Source of the DNA: the human T2T-CHM13v2.0 reference genome, Homo sapiens
Assembly: GCF_009914755.1 (NCBI RefSeq)
Contig: NC_060932.1
Length of the DNA stretch: 64,000 nt
Direction: 5' to 3' (one strand)
The translations under genes and the position numbers were made by a program. This document shows, in pieces, positions 1 through 20,070 of this stretch (positions are counted from its first letter, which is position 1; every line of letters begins with the position of its first letter). The notes beneath the pieces were generated by a model, which was given only the letters and a program-made list of their open reading frames with translations, had not been told where the DNA came from and did no database searches.

Positions 1-250
1 TTTAGTATATACTTGGATAATGATGTATAGCAGGAGAATGCATATAATTAAATTTAATTTATTCACTTAGCTTTTTGAAAACCTACTGTGCTAGGAAAAA
101 ACTGTGAACCACATAGACAGGGACTCTGGTCTCAAAAAGCTTCTAATCAAGTGAGCAAGTAATTCCCCTAGGCTTCGAGAGGGACCTTAGAAATGGTACA
201 TGGTCCAGATTTGTAGGAATTGCAGATTTCTTAGAGAAAGTGATATGTAA

Positions 251-693
<443 letters not shown>

Positions 694-869
694 TCTATTT
701 TCTTTTCTAGATTCTTGTCATCATTCCATGTGGCTTTATTCTATTCAGTTTATTCCCTGGAACTTCAGTGTTCATCCATCATTCTGTTGTGACTTTCCGA
801 GCTATGTAACATGCCTCAGTGTGTGTGGTTTCATGTATCTTTGCCACTGCTTATTCATACAAATGTGTT

Positions 870-1765
870 CCAGCTATCTATTCCTACAAAACAAGTCATA
901 CTAAGATTTAGCAGTCTAAAACAACAATGATGTGTTATTTCTTCTGATTACATGGTTTGCGTGGTGGTTACTCTATTGGTTTCATGTGGGCACATTCATC
1001 TGCTTGCTGAAGGGTCAGCTGGGCTGGAAGGTCCAGGATGCCCTCATTCACATGTCTGAGAGCTGGTGCTTGCTGTTGCTTGGACAACCTGGTCCTCCTC
1101 CTGTGGCCTCTTCCCCTCTAATAAGCTAGACCTGCCCCCTTTCATGGTGATTTCAGGAGGGCATTCCAAGGGGCAAAGGTGGAAGTTGTAAGGCCTCTTA
1201 AAGCCTCACCTTAGAAGTTGCATAATGTCACTTTCATTGCATCCTGTTGGTCAAAGCCAGTCACAAAGCTAGGCCAAGTTTATCACCTTAGAAGTTGCAT
1301 AACGTGGCCGGGCATGGTGGCTCACACCTGTAATCCCAGCACTTTGGGAGGCCGAGGGTGAATCACTTGAGGTCAGGAGTTTGAGACCAGCCTGAACAAC
1401 ACGGTAAAATCCCATCTCTACTAAAAATACAAAAATTAGCCAGGTGTGGTGGCATGCACCTGTAATCCCAGCTGCTCAGGAGGCTGAGGCAGGGGAATAG
1501 CATGAACCCGGGAGGCAGAGGTTGCAGTGAGCCGAGATCACGTCACCGTACTCCAGCCTGGGTGACAGATCGAGACTCTATCTCAAAGAAAAAAAGAAAA
1601 AGAAGAAGAATAACCTCACTTTCACTGCATCCCGTTGGTCAGAGCAAGTCACAAAGCTAGCCCAAGTTCAAGGGAAATAGAAATGGACTCAGCATCTGGA
1701 TGGGAGAAGCAATGAAGTCACACTGGAAGACACATGAGGAACTACTGTGTCCATCTTTGCATACA
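870..1765. mobile_element. MaLR LTR (MLT1-like), interrupted by Alu
   Basis: MLT1-type motifs (aaaacaacaat..., gggctggaaggtccaggatg, ttggtcaaagc..gtcacaaag, gatgggag). Confidence 0.6.
1306..1600 (+). mobile_element. AluS
   Basis: ggccgggcatggtggctcac... to A tail. Confidence 0.9.
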
Positions 1766-1867
1766 GTTTCCTAGAGAGTGTTTTTATGTTTCTGTCACTT
1801 GTGTTGACATACGTGTGACAGTTGTCCTTACCACCTTCTAAGAAGGGGTTGTCCATTATTATATTAA

Positions 1868-2263
<396 letters not shown>

Positions 2264-2282
2264 ACCTGTTGGCTATTTCTAA

Positions 2283-2631
<349 letters not shown>

Positions 2632-2750
2632 TCTAAATAAGATTTTTAAATGACTTCTGTTACATGCTGAATGAGAAGGTCTTTAATGAGTTCTATTAGA
2701 TGCTTATACCTTGTATACTCTTATACTCTTAATAAGGGTGTACATTCATG

Positions 2751-3077
<327 letters not shown>

Positions 3078-3529
3078 TTAGAACTTCACTTGCCCCCAAG
3101 ATTTTTGATGATAACAACAATTTAGTGAAGGAAGTGGAACAGGTATTATCTTCCTCATTTAATATGAGTTTGGGAGACAGTGAGAAGGTACATGACTAGT
3201 TTGTAGCAGAGCTGTGTTTGGGTCCCAGGCACCTAATTTCTAATCCTGAGTCCCTTCCATGGATTTCAAATAGAACTCTAATCATTCTTCTAGGAAGAGA
3301 GAAGGGACCTTAAAGGAATCTCCATTTTCATCAGTTCATAGCTATGAAGGCAGAAATTCATCTTGCCCCAATGTAGGTACAATGATTACTTACATAGCAT
3401 AACACTTTATGTACACTGTACATTATTTCTTATTACAAAGTTGTTTCATTCACACTCATGATTTTCACAAGAGCTGGGTAAGGATACCATTATAGTCTTG
3501 AGAAAAACAAGGTCGAATAAAAGAAAAGT

Positions 3530-3810
3530 GGCTCCCAGCACGTTGGAAGGCTGAGGCTGGCGGATCACCTGAGGTCAGGAGTTTAAGACCAGCCTGGCCA
3601 ACATGATGAAACCCCGTCTCTACTAAAAATACAAAAATTAGCTGGGCTTGGTGGCACGTGCCTGTAATCCCAGCTACTTGGGAGGCTAAGGCAGGATAAT
3701 TGCCTGAATCCGGGAGGCGGAGGTTGCACTGAGATTGCACCATTGCACTCCAGCCTGGGTGACAAGAGTGAAACTCCATCTCAAAAAAGAAAGAAAGAAA
3801 GAAAGAAAAG
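3530..3810 (+). mobile_element. AluSq-like (short 5' deletion)
   Basis: gaggtcaggag..ctggccaacatg; cattgcactcc..acaagagtgaaactcc. Confidence 0.85.
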
Positions 3811-3937
3811 TGGCTTGCCTTACATCTCAAAGTTATTAAGTGACTCACTGGGATAAACTTAAATCTTTGAATGCATAGTCAAATGTTCTTTCTACCATTA
3901 TATTCTTGAGAAAAACAAGGCTGAATAAAAGAAAAGT

Positions 3938-4236
<299 letters not shown>

Positions 4237-4761
4237 GTGGCTTGCCTTACATCTCAAAGCTACTAAGTGACTCACTGGGATAAACTTAAATCTTTGAATT
4301 CCTTGTCCAGTGTTCTTTCTACAGCATGGTTGGGCTCTGAGTCTAAAAGCATTGAAAATAAACATCATATGGCATTCAGGTACAGGGCTTAATTACCTCC
4401 AAATGCAATGATTGATAGGTATAGAGTGAGTGTTTGCATGACCTTGAGCAAGTTTCCTTCCCACCACACTGAAAGCTGCAGTTCCATTTTTCTCATTTGA
4501 ATGGGAACTACATTTTTCTCATGTGAATAAAGAGGGTTTGGACTACAATGATCTCCAAGGTTTCTTCCTACTCTAGAATGAAATAGTTCAATTTGTATTG
4601 TATATTATTATTAGTTTCAAAGGAAATGAAAGTTTTTAAAAGAGACAGCCAGACTTTCATATGGAAGACAGGAACTCATCAGGAATAATTTTACAGAGGA
4701 AGATGACACAATGACCGTGACATTTTATATGGTTCAATTTTTAATTTAACAAAGTTTTATG

Positions 4762-5232
<471 letters not shown>

Positions 5233-5249
5233 TCAAGTAGGCATGGGAG

Positions 5250-6140
5250 GGTGTGGTGGGGAGAAGAGAGGGAGAGCATTCTAGCCATGGGGATGGCAAA
5301 TTCAAAGGCCTGTGGTAGATGGGGCATGGTATGTTTGAGGAACTGAAAGAGGGCAGGATCACGCATACTTTATAGGCTATGTGAAGAATTTTGGTCTTTA
5401 TCCTAAAAGCAATGAGAAGCTATTGAAGTGTATTTTCAACAGGGGAAGGACATTATCAGGTTTGAATTTTTAAAAGATAATTTAATAGCTATGTGTAGAC
5501 TTAGGGGTCCAAGGTTGGGTTGAGAATAAGAGTGGATGCATAGTATAGTCAATTAAGAAAACACTGTAGTTGTCTAGGTTAAAGTATTGGTGTTTTAGAC
5601 TAAGGTAGTGGCAGTGCCTGAGATGGGAAGGCTTAGACATACATGAGAGAGATTTAGGAGTTCAAGTTCACAGTTCATGCTGATGACTGGGCAGGGGGTG
5701 AGGAAGAGAGAGGGGCCAAGGACAATGCCTCATTTTCTGGCTGGACAATGTAAGCATTGACTGGCACAGGACCGGGTTTGGAAGGAAGAACGTGAGCTCA
5801 GTTTTGGGCTTGTTGATTTTGAGATGGCTTTGAGAAATCTATGTGGATGCAAAGCTGTAGGGTTGGGAGTATAGGCCTGGTCTGGGAATATAAATTTGGG
5901 AATCTGGAATGTGGATAGTAATCGAAGACAGGAAATGGAGGAGCTCACTAGAGAGACTATGGAATGAGAAAAGAGGTATGTAGGGACTGAATCTCAAGGA
6001 ATTCCAGCCTTTAAAGTCCAGGGAGATGCAGATAAGCCAACACAAGGATGGCTGAGTAAGAGGTAGGAGCAGAGGGCAGGTCGAAAACCAATAGAGTGTG
6101 ATTGATGTCCCCCTAGCCAAGGGCAGTGGTCAGTACCTTC
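5250..6140 (-). mobile_element. LINE-2 fragment
   Basis: Purine-rich L2-type sequence (caaaggcctg, tttatcctaaaagcaatgagaagctattgaag, ataaatttgggaatc). Confidence 0.7.
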
Positions 6141-6149
6141 TACTATTGG

Positions 6150-6453
6150 GTTTTGTTTTGTTTTTTTTTTTGAGACGGAGTCTCCCTCTGTCACTCAGGC
6201 TGGAGTGCAGTGGTGTGAACTCGGCTCACTGCAACCTCTGCCTCTGGGTCAAGCAACTCTCCTGCCTCAGCCTCCTGAGTAGCTGGTACTACAGGCATGT
6301 GCCAATGTGTCTGGCTAATTTTTTTGTATTTTTAATAGAGATGGGGTTTTGTCATGTTGCCCAGGCTAATCTCAAACCCCTGACCTCAAGTGATCCACCA
6401 GCCTCAGCTTCCCAAGGTGCTGGGACTACAGGTGTGAGCTACCAATCCTGGAC
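6150..6453 (-). mobile_element. AluS
   Basis: Full reverse dimer. Confidence 0.9.
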
Positions 6454-6667
6454 CCATATACTGGTATTAAAGTCAACCAGAATAAGGACTGACATTTGTG
6501 TTACATTGCATCATATATGGATGCATAGGGGAACACTTATAGGCCCAGTTGGAGCTATTTTGGAGATGTGAAAATGGAATCCAGAGGAGTTGAGGAATGC
6601 CTGGGAAGACAGGTGTGAGAAGCAAGCTATGTGGGTATGGGAGGATTTCAAAAGAGTCACCTATGTA

Positions 6668-7360
<693 letters not shown>

Positions 7361-7571
7361 GCACTTGTCTTAGCACAGAAGTGAAATAATGCAATTAGGA
7401 AAGAAATACTAGCTTTTTCAGAATGGTAGAATAGAACATGAAATTGTAACCTCTTTTCAAGATTGCTAACTTGAATACAGTCTGCTAATCGTAGAGTTTT
7501 GGATTGCATTTCCAATTTTTTTTTTGAAATTACTAGGAGAAAATGCATCTTGTTTGCTTCTGAAGCAATTA

Positions 7572-7946
<375 letters not shown>

Positions 7947-8015
7947 CTATGATTTCAAATGAGCTGTTTTCCTTTCGTATAGGTTTACTTTTCTTTTCCC
8001 TTTTTTTCTTCCCAG

Positions 8016-8194
8016 GCTGATGAGCCCTGAAAACACACTCCTGCAGCCCAGGGAGGAGGAAGGGGTCAAGTATGAGCGCACCTTCATGGCATCTGAATTC
8101 CTGGACTGGCTGGTTCAGGAAGGTGAGGCCACCACGAGGAAAGAGGCAGAGCAGCTTTGCCACCGGCTTATGGAGCATGGCATCATCCAGCATG
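8016..8194 (+). CDS. DEPTOR: DEPTOR coding exon (exon 4; 179 nt, phase 2->1), most of the second DEP domain
   Basis: Long polypyrimidine tract + cccag acceptor; encodes (K)LMSPENTLLQPREEEGVKYERTFMASEFLDWLVQEGEATTRKEAEQLCHRLMEHGIIQH; donor G|gtgagc. Confidence 0.97.
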
Positions 8195-8202
8195 GTGAGC
8201 GT

Positions 8203-8640
8203 ATTGGGCAGCTTTTGCTGCAGGAACAAACAGCCAGCCCCAAATCTTGTGTCTTACAACAACACGTACTTATTTCTCACTCATGAATCTGTAAGTCAGC
8301 TGCACCTCTGCTTATGTTCAGCTTGTCTCCAAGTTGGGGGTCAAATTCAGGTCTGTGCTCCACGCCTTTCCATTCTGGGACACAGACTAAAGGAATATCC
8401 ACTGTCTGTGATGTGTTGTTTTTAATAAATTATTGCAGATGCTAAAGAGGGCAGGCAGGTTCTTATAGCGCTTCCAAAAGTTGCTGCTTGGATGTGATGT
8501 AACATCACAACTTTGTATCTAACTGGCTAAAGCAAGTCATGAAGTCAAGTATAATATGGAGTTGGGAAGTGGATGCCTCCCAGAAGGTTGGTTGTTAGAG
8601 AATAAACATTTCCTGAACCATGATGTAAGCTGCCACAGTG
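8203..8640. mobile_element. Old MaLR (MLT1-like) LTR directly after exon 4
   Basis: aacaaac..ccccaaatct..ttacaacaac..ttatttctcactcatg and tggctaaagcaagtcatg motifs. Confidence 0.5.
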
Positions 8641-8738
8641 AAGAGTTAAGCCAAAGAGCCTTCATAAAAGTATCACTTTCCGTTTAGGGCCAAATCATAA
8701 TGATGCAATGTAAGTTACTGGTTAAGAAGTGTTTTAGT

Positions 8739-9198
<460 letters not shown>

Positions 9199-9271
9199 TG
9201 TAAGGGCCAAGAGAACACTTTCCCCTTTGCCCTCTGAAGGTTTGCTGAAAATCACTGACAAGAGGCAGATT

Positions 9272-9560
<289 letters not shown>

Positions 9561-9847
9561 CAAGAGGCAGATTAATAGGAGAAAAGGCATACAAATTTAT
9601 TAACATGTATGGCAGCCTTCAGAATGAAAAGCCAGAGATACAGGGAAAATCATCCATTGTTATGCTTATGTTCAACAAAGTATGGACAGTTATGTAGAAA
9701 TATGATTGGACAAAAAGGGTATGATCTAAAGTTAATAGACTGAGTAGAGCAGCCCAACAAGGCCTGTCTGTATAGATTCTTTTTGGCCTCTCTGCAGCAT
9801 TCATTCCTCCTGGGTGTAGGGCAGGACCCTTTCTGGAATGGGAGTCT

Positions 9848-9879
<32 letters not shown>

Positions 9880-10162
9880 TGAGATTGAGTCTCTCTTTGT
9901 CACCCAGGCTGGAGTGCAGTAGCATGATCTTGGCTCACTGCAACTTCCGCCTCCCAGGTTCAGGTGATGCTTCTACCTTAGCCTTCCGAGTTGCTGAGAT
10001 TACAGACGTGCACCACAACACCCAGATAATTTTTGTATTTTTTAGTAGAGATGGGGTTTCACCATGTTGGCCAGGCTGGTCTTACAGTCTTCACCTCAGG
10101 TGATCCATCTGCCTCAGCCTTCCAAAGTGCTGGGATTACAAGTGTGAGCCACCATGCCCGGC
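9848..10162 (-). mobile_element. AluS
   Basis: Reverse dimer, (TTTTG)n tail; TSD tggaatgggagtctt. Confidence 0.9.
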
Positions 10163-10278
10163 TTGGAATGGGAGTCTTATGACCTACAGTTAACCAACGT
10201 AGGTCAGATAATTTCTTTATGGCCTGTTTTTACACAGAAAGGCAGAGGGAAAGTTAGAGTAATATTTTAAGATTTTAT

Positions 10279-10569
<291 letters not shown>

Positions 10570-11102
10570 TTACAGTACTTTTATTTCATTTAGATATACA
10601 CTATAAAACATAGGGACATATGCAGGTGTATATTGAGTTACAACCTAAAAATTATTTGTTACTGTGTATTGGAGTCAAATATTTTGGAAGCCATGGATCT
10701 AGAGGCATTGCTTGGAGTGAGTGACACTGTATTCCAGGCTGCTTTCTCCTGTGCAGTTCTGCCACAGTTGGACTCACAGCTGTCTGTTGGTGGCCTAACA
10801 TGTCTAGCTCTGGTTTAAGTTCACTGAGGAAAGGAAGATGGACAGGGAAGCACAGTGCTGGTGTGATCCCTGACCTTAAGCAGTTCATAGTATTGTCAGG
10901 ACTATGAGATGGTTATAGAAGCAATTAGAGAACAGTAGAAGATGTGCTATCTATTTCATTTATTTATTTATTTTATACTATATGCCAGGCACTGTGCTAA
11001 TCCTTTTACCCTTATTAACTTATTAATAAATAAACTCTATGAGGTAGATATTCTTTTTTAAAAAAATGTATTGTGATAAGAACATTAATATGAGAGCTAC
11101 CT

Positions 11103-11385
11103 TCTTTTATTATTATTATTTTTTTTTTGGGACAGTTACTGCTCTGATCATGCAGGGGCAGATCTCGGCTCACTGCCACCTCCACTTCCCAGGTTCAAGG
11201 GATTCTCCTGCCTCAGCCTCCCGAGTAGCTGTGCACCACCACACTCAGCTGATTTTTGTATTTTTAGTAGAAACAGGATTTCACCATGTTGGCCAGGTGG
11301 GTCTTGAACTTCTGACCTCAAGTGATGCGCCTGCCCCGGTCTCCCAAAGTACTGGGATTACAGGCGTAAGCCACCATGCCTGGCC
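11103..11385 (-). mobile_element. AluS
   Basis: Reverse dimer with small deletions; TSD-like tgagagct. Confidence 0.85.
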
Positions 11386-11660
11386 TGAGAGCTCCCTTCT
11401 TAACAAATGTTTAGATGTACAATACTATAGGGCCAGTATTTTTATTATCTCCATTTTACAAATCAGAAGGTGAAGGCACCAATAGGATAAATCACTTGTC
11501 TGAGGCCACTCAGGTAGTAATGTCCAAATGGATATTACTGCTAGTAAGTGTGACCTTGGAGTTGGGTGGGATGACTGGGGTTTTCCCCAGTGAAAAATGG
11601 TAGGTTTGGGTTACAGTTGGTTCTTTCATATCTTTGCTCTACAGAGAAAAAGTAAGATGA

Positions 11661-11890
11661 GGCTGGGCATGGTGGCTCAGCGAGCTGGCCAACATTGTGA
11701 AACCCCGTCTCTACTATAAAAACAAAAATTAGCCGGGAGTCATGGTGGATGCCTGTAATCCCAGCTACTTGGGAGGCTGAGGCAGTAAGAATCGCTTGAA
11801 CCCTGGAGGTGGAGGTTGCAGTAAGCCAAGATCACGCCACTACACTCCAGCCTGGGCGACACAGCAAGACTCCATCTCAAAAAAAAAAAA
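11661..11890 (+). mobile_element. AluS with left-arm deletion
   Basis: ggctgggcatggtggctca joined to ctggccaaca. Confidence 0.85.
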
Positions 11891-12081
11891 GTCAGATGAT
11901 ACCAACTTCTAGGAGAAAACCAGCCTCTTATACTATGATGTACTGACCCACACTGTATATCCTTGGCTTTAGAAAGAAGATAGAGGATGCTGTGAATGGT
12001 TTCTAAATGATTTCCAAGGGATAAGTAATTATGCTTCAATTACAGTGTAACTCTGTAATGCTATAAACAGAAACACCATAA

Positions 12082-12518
<437 letters not shown>

Positions 12519-13679
12519 TGAGGGAGTTTCAGTTTCCCAGCACAGTAATTCATTGATAGGTCACAGGTTGTAACTTGGAGTTATGAAAATATGGCTACCA
12601 TACCTGTGTATGTTAGAGCTCATGGTAAGTACCAGTTAGTGTCTTGAGCAAAGCTTTTAATTGTCTGGCTAATAATTAATTTCATAGGTTAAACATTAAG
12701 GAAAGTCAGCCTTTAGGCTTTGAGCAGAAGGTTTCTGGATAAAAGTGGTTCCCTATTTTGAAACCAGTAAGTGTAAAAATCAGGCTTACCTGTGAAATCC
12801 TAACTAGCTTCATCTATGAATGGTGACTGGTGCGCTTTACTCAAGGCAGAAATTGTTAGATGAATAATTAACATGCATGTGTATTTATGTGGATATATAT
12901 ATATGCATGTATATGTACATATTTATACAAATGTCTGTATGTTGACCACATCTATACATATTTGTCTAGCTTTTTAATTTATAGATGTGTACCATCTATA
13001 AAGGCATTAGGCTACTTTATAGATCTTAATATACTGTATATTTAATATGTGTGTGCTTCACACATATGCTTTGTATGTTGTACTTATTAAATCCTCACAG
13101 CAATTTTGTGGCATTAGTATTATTATTGCAGATTTACAGTGAAGAAATCTGGTCTTCAAATCCTTTAACAGATTTTTCTCAAGTTCCAGAGCTACCCTGT
13201 AGCTACTAGGTGTTGTGTCTTAGAAAGAAGCTTGCCTTGGTCTGGGATGTGACTGGGTATGGCTGCCTGGCATGATGGAATGAGCACAGTCTTCGGAAGG
13301 AGACAGACTGGATTTAGATGCGGCTTTTTCACCTACTAAGTGGCCACGTCTGCATCTTATAACTTTCCCATTCCTCGGATTTTGAAACTATAAAATTAGA
13401 GTTACATAATAGACCTTTGAGAGTTTGTTTTTTCAGAGACCTATGAACATCCACAAGTTCAGTGTGTACTAGAAGGGTTCAACGTGTAGTTGTGTTCGTG
13501 GCTAAGATTTATTACAGTGAAAGGATACACAGCAGGGTCAGCAAGAGAAAAGGGCACATCGGGTGGAGTGTGGAGAAATCCAGGCACAGTTTCCTATGTT
13601 CTTCCTTCTTGAAGGGACTCCCTTCTCTAGCCGTGAAATGCAGTAACACGTGTGCAATATCTCCACCGGGGAGCCCTCG

Positions 13680-14563
13680 GAGGGGCCAAGGGAAAACATC
13701 CCCTTTGCCATCTGAAGGTTGGCTGAAAAATCGGCCGGGCACAGTGGCTCACACCTGTAATCCCAGCATTCTGGGAGGCCAAGGCGGGCGGATCACAAGG
13801 TCGGGAGATCGAGACCATCCTGGCTAACACGGTGAAACCCCGTCTCTGCTAAAAATACAAAAAAACTTAGCCGGGCATGGTGGCAGGCGCTTTGCAGTCC
13901 CAGCTACTCGGGAGGCTGAGGCAGGATGATGGTGTGAACCTGGGAAGCGGAGCTTGTAGTGAGCGAAGATTGCGCCACCGCTCCAGCCTGGGCAACAGAG
14001 CGAGACTCCGTCTCAAAAAAAAAAAAAAAAAGAAGGTTGGCTGAAAAATCAACTCACAAAAGACAGATTAATTGGAGAAAAAGCAAACCAATTTATTAGT
14101 GTGTACACCAGGAGAACCAGAGTGATTACCTAATATTCCAATGGGGTACAGAGGCTACCTATCCTACTTCTTAGAGGAACGGGAGATGAGGAAGTGTGAT
14201 TGATTTTTAGGAGGCTTCAGTAGGCTTGAAGAATATACAAGGGCCTGCTACTAAGTCCATTGGGTCAGCAGAGCAGACCTGGCAAAAGTCTGACCAGGTT
14301 TGTCCACAGACTTCAGTCTTTCTTCCTGTCATATGAGTTCAGTTAATGAAAACTCAGGGAAGGAACCAGAGGTAAATTGTTTTCTTCTTTGACAGGTCCA
14401 GACTTAGGCAGGTAAGGAACTTCAGAGACCTTTATCCAGTGCTTTGGGGGACACAGAGGATTGAGGGGCAGAAGCGGGGAGAAGGTCGGAGACATCGTAG
14501 ATTTTTCTTCAGTTCAGCATATCAAAGTGCTATATTTTGGGGTGTCTGTTTCTGAGTCCTAAT
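13680..14563 (-). mobile_element. MER39-like ERV1 solo LTR containing an AluY
   Basis: Minus-strand start ctcagaaacagacaccccaaaatatagcactttgatatgctgaactgaag; other end related to LTR at 9199. Confidence 0.65.
13733..14031 (+). mobile_element. AluY
   Basis: gagatcgagaccatcctggctaacacggtg, gcggagcttg; 19-bp TSD gaaggttggctgaaaaatc. Confidence 0.93.
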
Positions 14564-15122
14564 ACCCATGTTAAGGTGCAGAGCCAAAGATTCTTACTGG
14601 GGGCTTTTCTCATAGGTATACTCTGCTTGCTCAGCCAGCCACAACCAGCAACATTGCAGACTCTCAGAAGGAAAGCAAGTATTCTCCATAAATCACACTG
14701 TTTGTACAGTCTAGGCAGGCCGATACAACACAATTCAGTGCACCAGGTGGGCAAGGTCCTTATCAGTTAGTGACTTGGGAACCTTCCAAAAGCCAAGTTC
14801 CCAGGTGCTAGCCATGGGCCAGCCCCATAAGCCGGCCCTTCCGTATTGGGGCTGCTATGGTAACTCTTTCCTGCACAGAATTGTTGGGAGAATTAAGTGA
14901 TTGCACTTGGCAAAAGCTTTTAACACAGCATCTACCTCTTATGGCCCTCAAATGCTAGCTCTTGTACATGATCTGATCTACTCTAAATAATAGGTGAAAT
15001 GTATAGAGCTCTTACTATATCCCAGCCACTGTTCTAACAACTCTATTCACGTATGTATTTCCCTGTCAGTTAGGTATCATAATCATTCTCATTTTTGAGA
15101 TGAGGTTAAGTAACATGCTGAA

Positions 15123-15460
<338 letters not shown>

Positions 15461-15715
15461 TCAAATCAAGACAGTCTAGCTTCAGAGCCTGCACTCTTAA
15501 CCGCTAAAGAAGATGAGATGCTAACTGCAGGCCCCACTAGAAAAAAATTCTCAAGTTCTATTGCATCAGCTGAATCAGCCGACATAGCCTGGCAGATATT
15601 TATACTATAAAGATTATTAACCTCTGAAATCTACAATATTCTCTTCCTCCAAACAATGACCAGGGACCTTGAGATTTTTGGGTAACATTTGCAAATGGGA
15701 AATGGGATAAATACC

Positions 15716-16328
<613 letters not shown>

Positions 16329-16888
16329 TAAGTTATCTTTCCCAACTCCCTTAGTTGCCATCCAGCTATTTTAGCAGCCTTAAATGGAGGGAGATGGAAA
16401 CCAGATAATCATGTGGGTAAATTGCTCACAGCTGCAGCAGCTGACCCTGGCCTACCAGGCTACCGCTGCTGTGTCTGCGTGGATAATTTCCTGTTTTAGA
16501 ACTTTAGTCAGAGCACTTCAACAATTTCAACACTAAGCCCTCTTTCTTTTTCTTTTGTTTTAAACATATATTTATATCATACTGTGCCATATACAAAGCA
16601 GTTTTACATACATTATCTTTTTAATCCTCCCAGTTGCTTGAGAGTAGCTATGATTATCTCATCCTTCAGTGGAAGACAGTAGCAGAGACATTTGCTCTGC
16701 TGGCCATGAAGAGAGAATTTGGGATCTGCAGCAAAGGAAGCTAGAGGCCACATCCAGACAGAAATTAACTGCATCTCTCCAATAATTAAGATAATTGATA
16801 GAGATCAGCCTAAGCCTGGAATAGCCCAGCTGGAAAGGAAAGGGGAAAAAGGGGAAGAGGAGAGGGAAGGAAGGAAAAGAAGGTACTA

Positions 16889-17000
16889 ACTGGGTGTGGT
16901 GGCTCATGCCTGTAATCTCAGCACTTTGGGAAGCTGAGTGGGGAGGATTGCTTGAGGACAGGAGTTCGGGACCAGCCTGGGAAACATAGTGAGATCTTGT

Positions 17001-17039
<39 letters not shown>

Positions 17040-17040
17040 G
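16889..17040 (+). mobile_element. FLAM / left Alu monomer
   Basis: Single monomer with poly-A; TSD aaagaaggtact. Confidence 0.85.
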
Positions 17041-17074
17041 AAGGTACTGATGATTGAGGCTAAAGGCAAGATTA

Positions 17075-18087
<1,013 letters not shown>

Positions 18088-18109
18088 TTGCAACTTTCTC
18101 AAGACTATA

Positions 18110-18563
18110 TGGCATTAAGAAAAAAATTATTGACACTTGTTAGAAAAGTAAGGAAAACTTTGTTTAAGATAATTACAATAGGGGTATTGCAATAGGGGAG
18201 ACAGATTGGGCTCAACTTAAAATATAGGGACAAGTAGGGATTTAGAGTCAAGGAGCACAGTGCGGAGTCGGTCAGTGGATGGAAAATTACTAAATAGGAG
18301 ACTTAGGGCAGAGAGATTCTTGCTCAAGACAGGCCAAGGACTTAGAAATCAAAGGTGGAGATAACAAACTTGATTGGGTATCAAGGGTGAGGGATTTTCA
18401 GTATACTGACTTATCAGGGTTATTTGCTAAAACTGGGCTGGGTAAGCCAAGACAGCAGGATGAGGGGTGGAGTGGAGGGGAAGGGAGCAGCAAGGTGGAG
18501 GCCCAGTAGAAAAGAGGGCTCAAAGGAGCCTGACTGAAGCTTGGTCCAGGGGAGCGTCTAACA
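18110..18563 (-). mobile_element. MER31-like ERV1 LTR
   Basis: Minus strand gaccaagcttcagtcaggctcctttgagccctcttttctactgggcc; + strand gtcagtggatggaaaattactaa. Confidence 0.65.
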
Positions 18564-18641
18564 GTGCCGACCTAGCCTTGCTTGCCCACCCGCCCTTCCT
18601 CTCTATCATGGCTCTCCTGCTCTCCTACTCATGCTTGCTCC

Positions 18642-18930
18642 TTTTTTTTTTTTTTTTTTTTTTTTGAGATGGAGTCTCACTTTGTTGCCCAGGCTGGAGC
18701 ACAGTGAACCGAGATTGTGCTGGGTTCAAGTGATTCTCCTGCCTCAGCCTCCTGAGTAGCTGGGATTACAGGTGTGTGCCACCACACTGGGCTAATTTTT
18801 GTATTTTTAATAGAGACGGGGTTTCACCATATTGGCCAGGCTGGTCTTGAACTCCTGACCTCAGGCAATCCACCTGCCTGGCCCTCCCAAAATGCTGGGA
18901 TTGCAGGCATGAGCCACCACTCCCAGCCCC
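18642..18930 (-). mobile_element. AluS
   Basis: Reverse dimer with a small internal rearrangement near 18700-18720. Confidence 0.88.
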
Positions 18931-19678
18931 CTACTCATGCTCTCTGGTTTGCATTTGCTAACTTCTTGCCAAGAGGACTTGCAAGTCAAGAAGAAGAAAT
19001 GGAGGAGACTTCTTTACAGATGGCACCCTGTGTCTTAGCCTTTCTTTACCCCTAACTAGAGAGTAAATGTTTTAAGGATAGAGAAGTTGTTTTGTTCATT
19101 TCTGTATTCCTATTGGTTTGGCGCATATATATGTCGTATCAGCAAAAAATACGATATATATATATCGTATCAGCAAAAATGTATTGAATGAACAAGTGAC
19201 AAAAGTGACCACTTACTGAGGACTTGGCCTTTGCTGGGCACGATACTGGTGTTTATACCAGCAAGCTTTCTTTGAATAGAAGCAGCTCCAATCATCACTT
19301 CCTTTAAATATATGGCAGAGCCAGCTGATAGTTAAAGGAAATGTTGAAAACAAGGCTACCTGAAGAAGAGAAACTGAAGCAACTCTGGGGATCCAGGAAC
19401 CAGGAACTAGTGACTAAAAACTAATCCCTTCCAGCCACCTATGGCCAGGTGAATCAGCTCTGTTTTCTGCATATGCAGTTGCCGTCTCCAGATGCTAATG
19501 TTCTAGAGAGGACCCTTATTGGCTGGGTCGGGTCACAGGCTCACCTCTTGACCCTGGGTGGGGACCCTTTGACTGACAGATTCACCAAGTGGGAGAATGG
19601 GGGTAGTTGTTCCACCCTCCCCCCGCACACCCTGCAAAGAAAAAAGAAAAAGCAAGCCCTGTTTCCACAGGAAAATGA

Positions 19679-20070
<392 letters not shown>

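Larger units (their letters stand above)
13425..14878. mobile_element. MER21-like LTR, split by a nested LTR at ~13680-14563
   Basis: ggctaagatttattacagtgaaaggatacacagc..aaagggcacat..aaatccaggcaca; resumes at ~14564 with ataaatcacactgt..aaagccaagttcccag. Confidence 0.65.
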
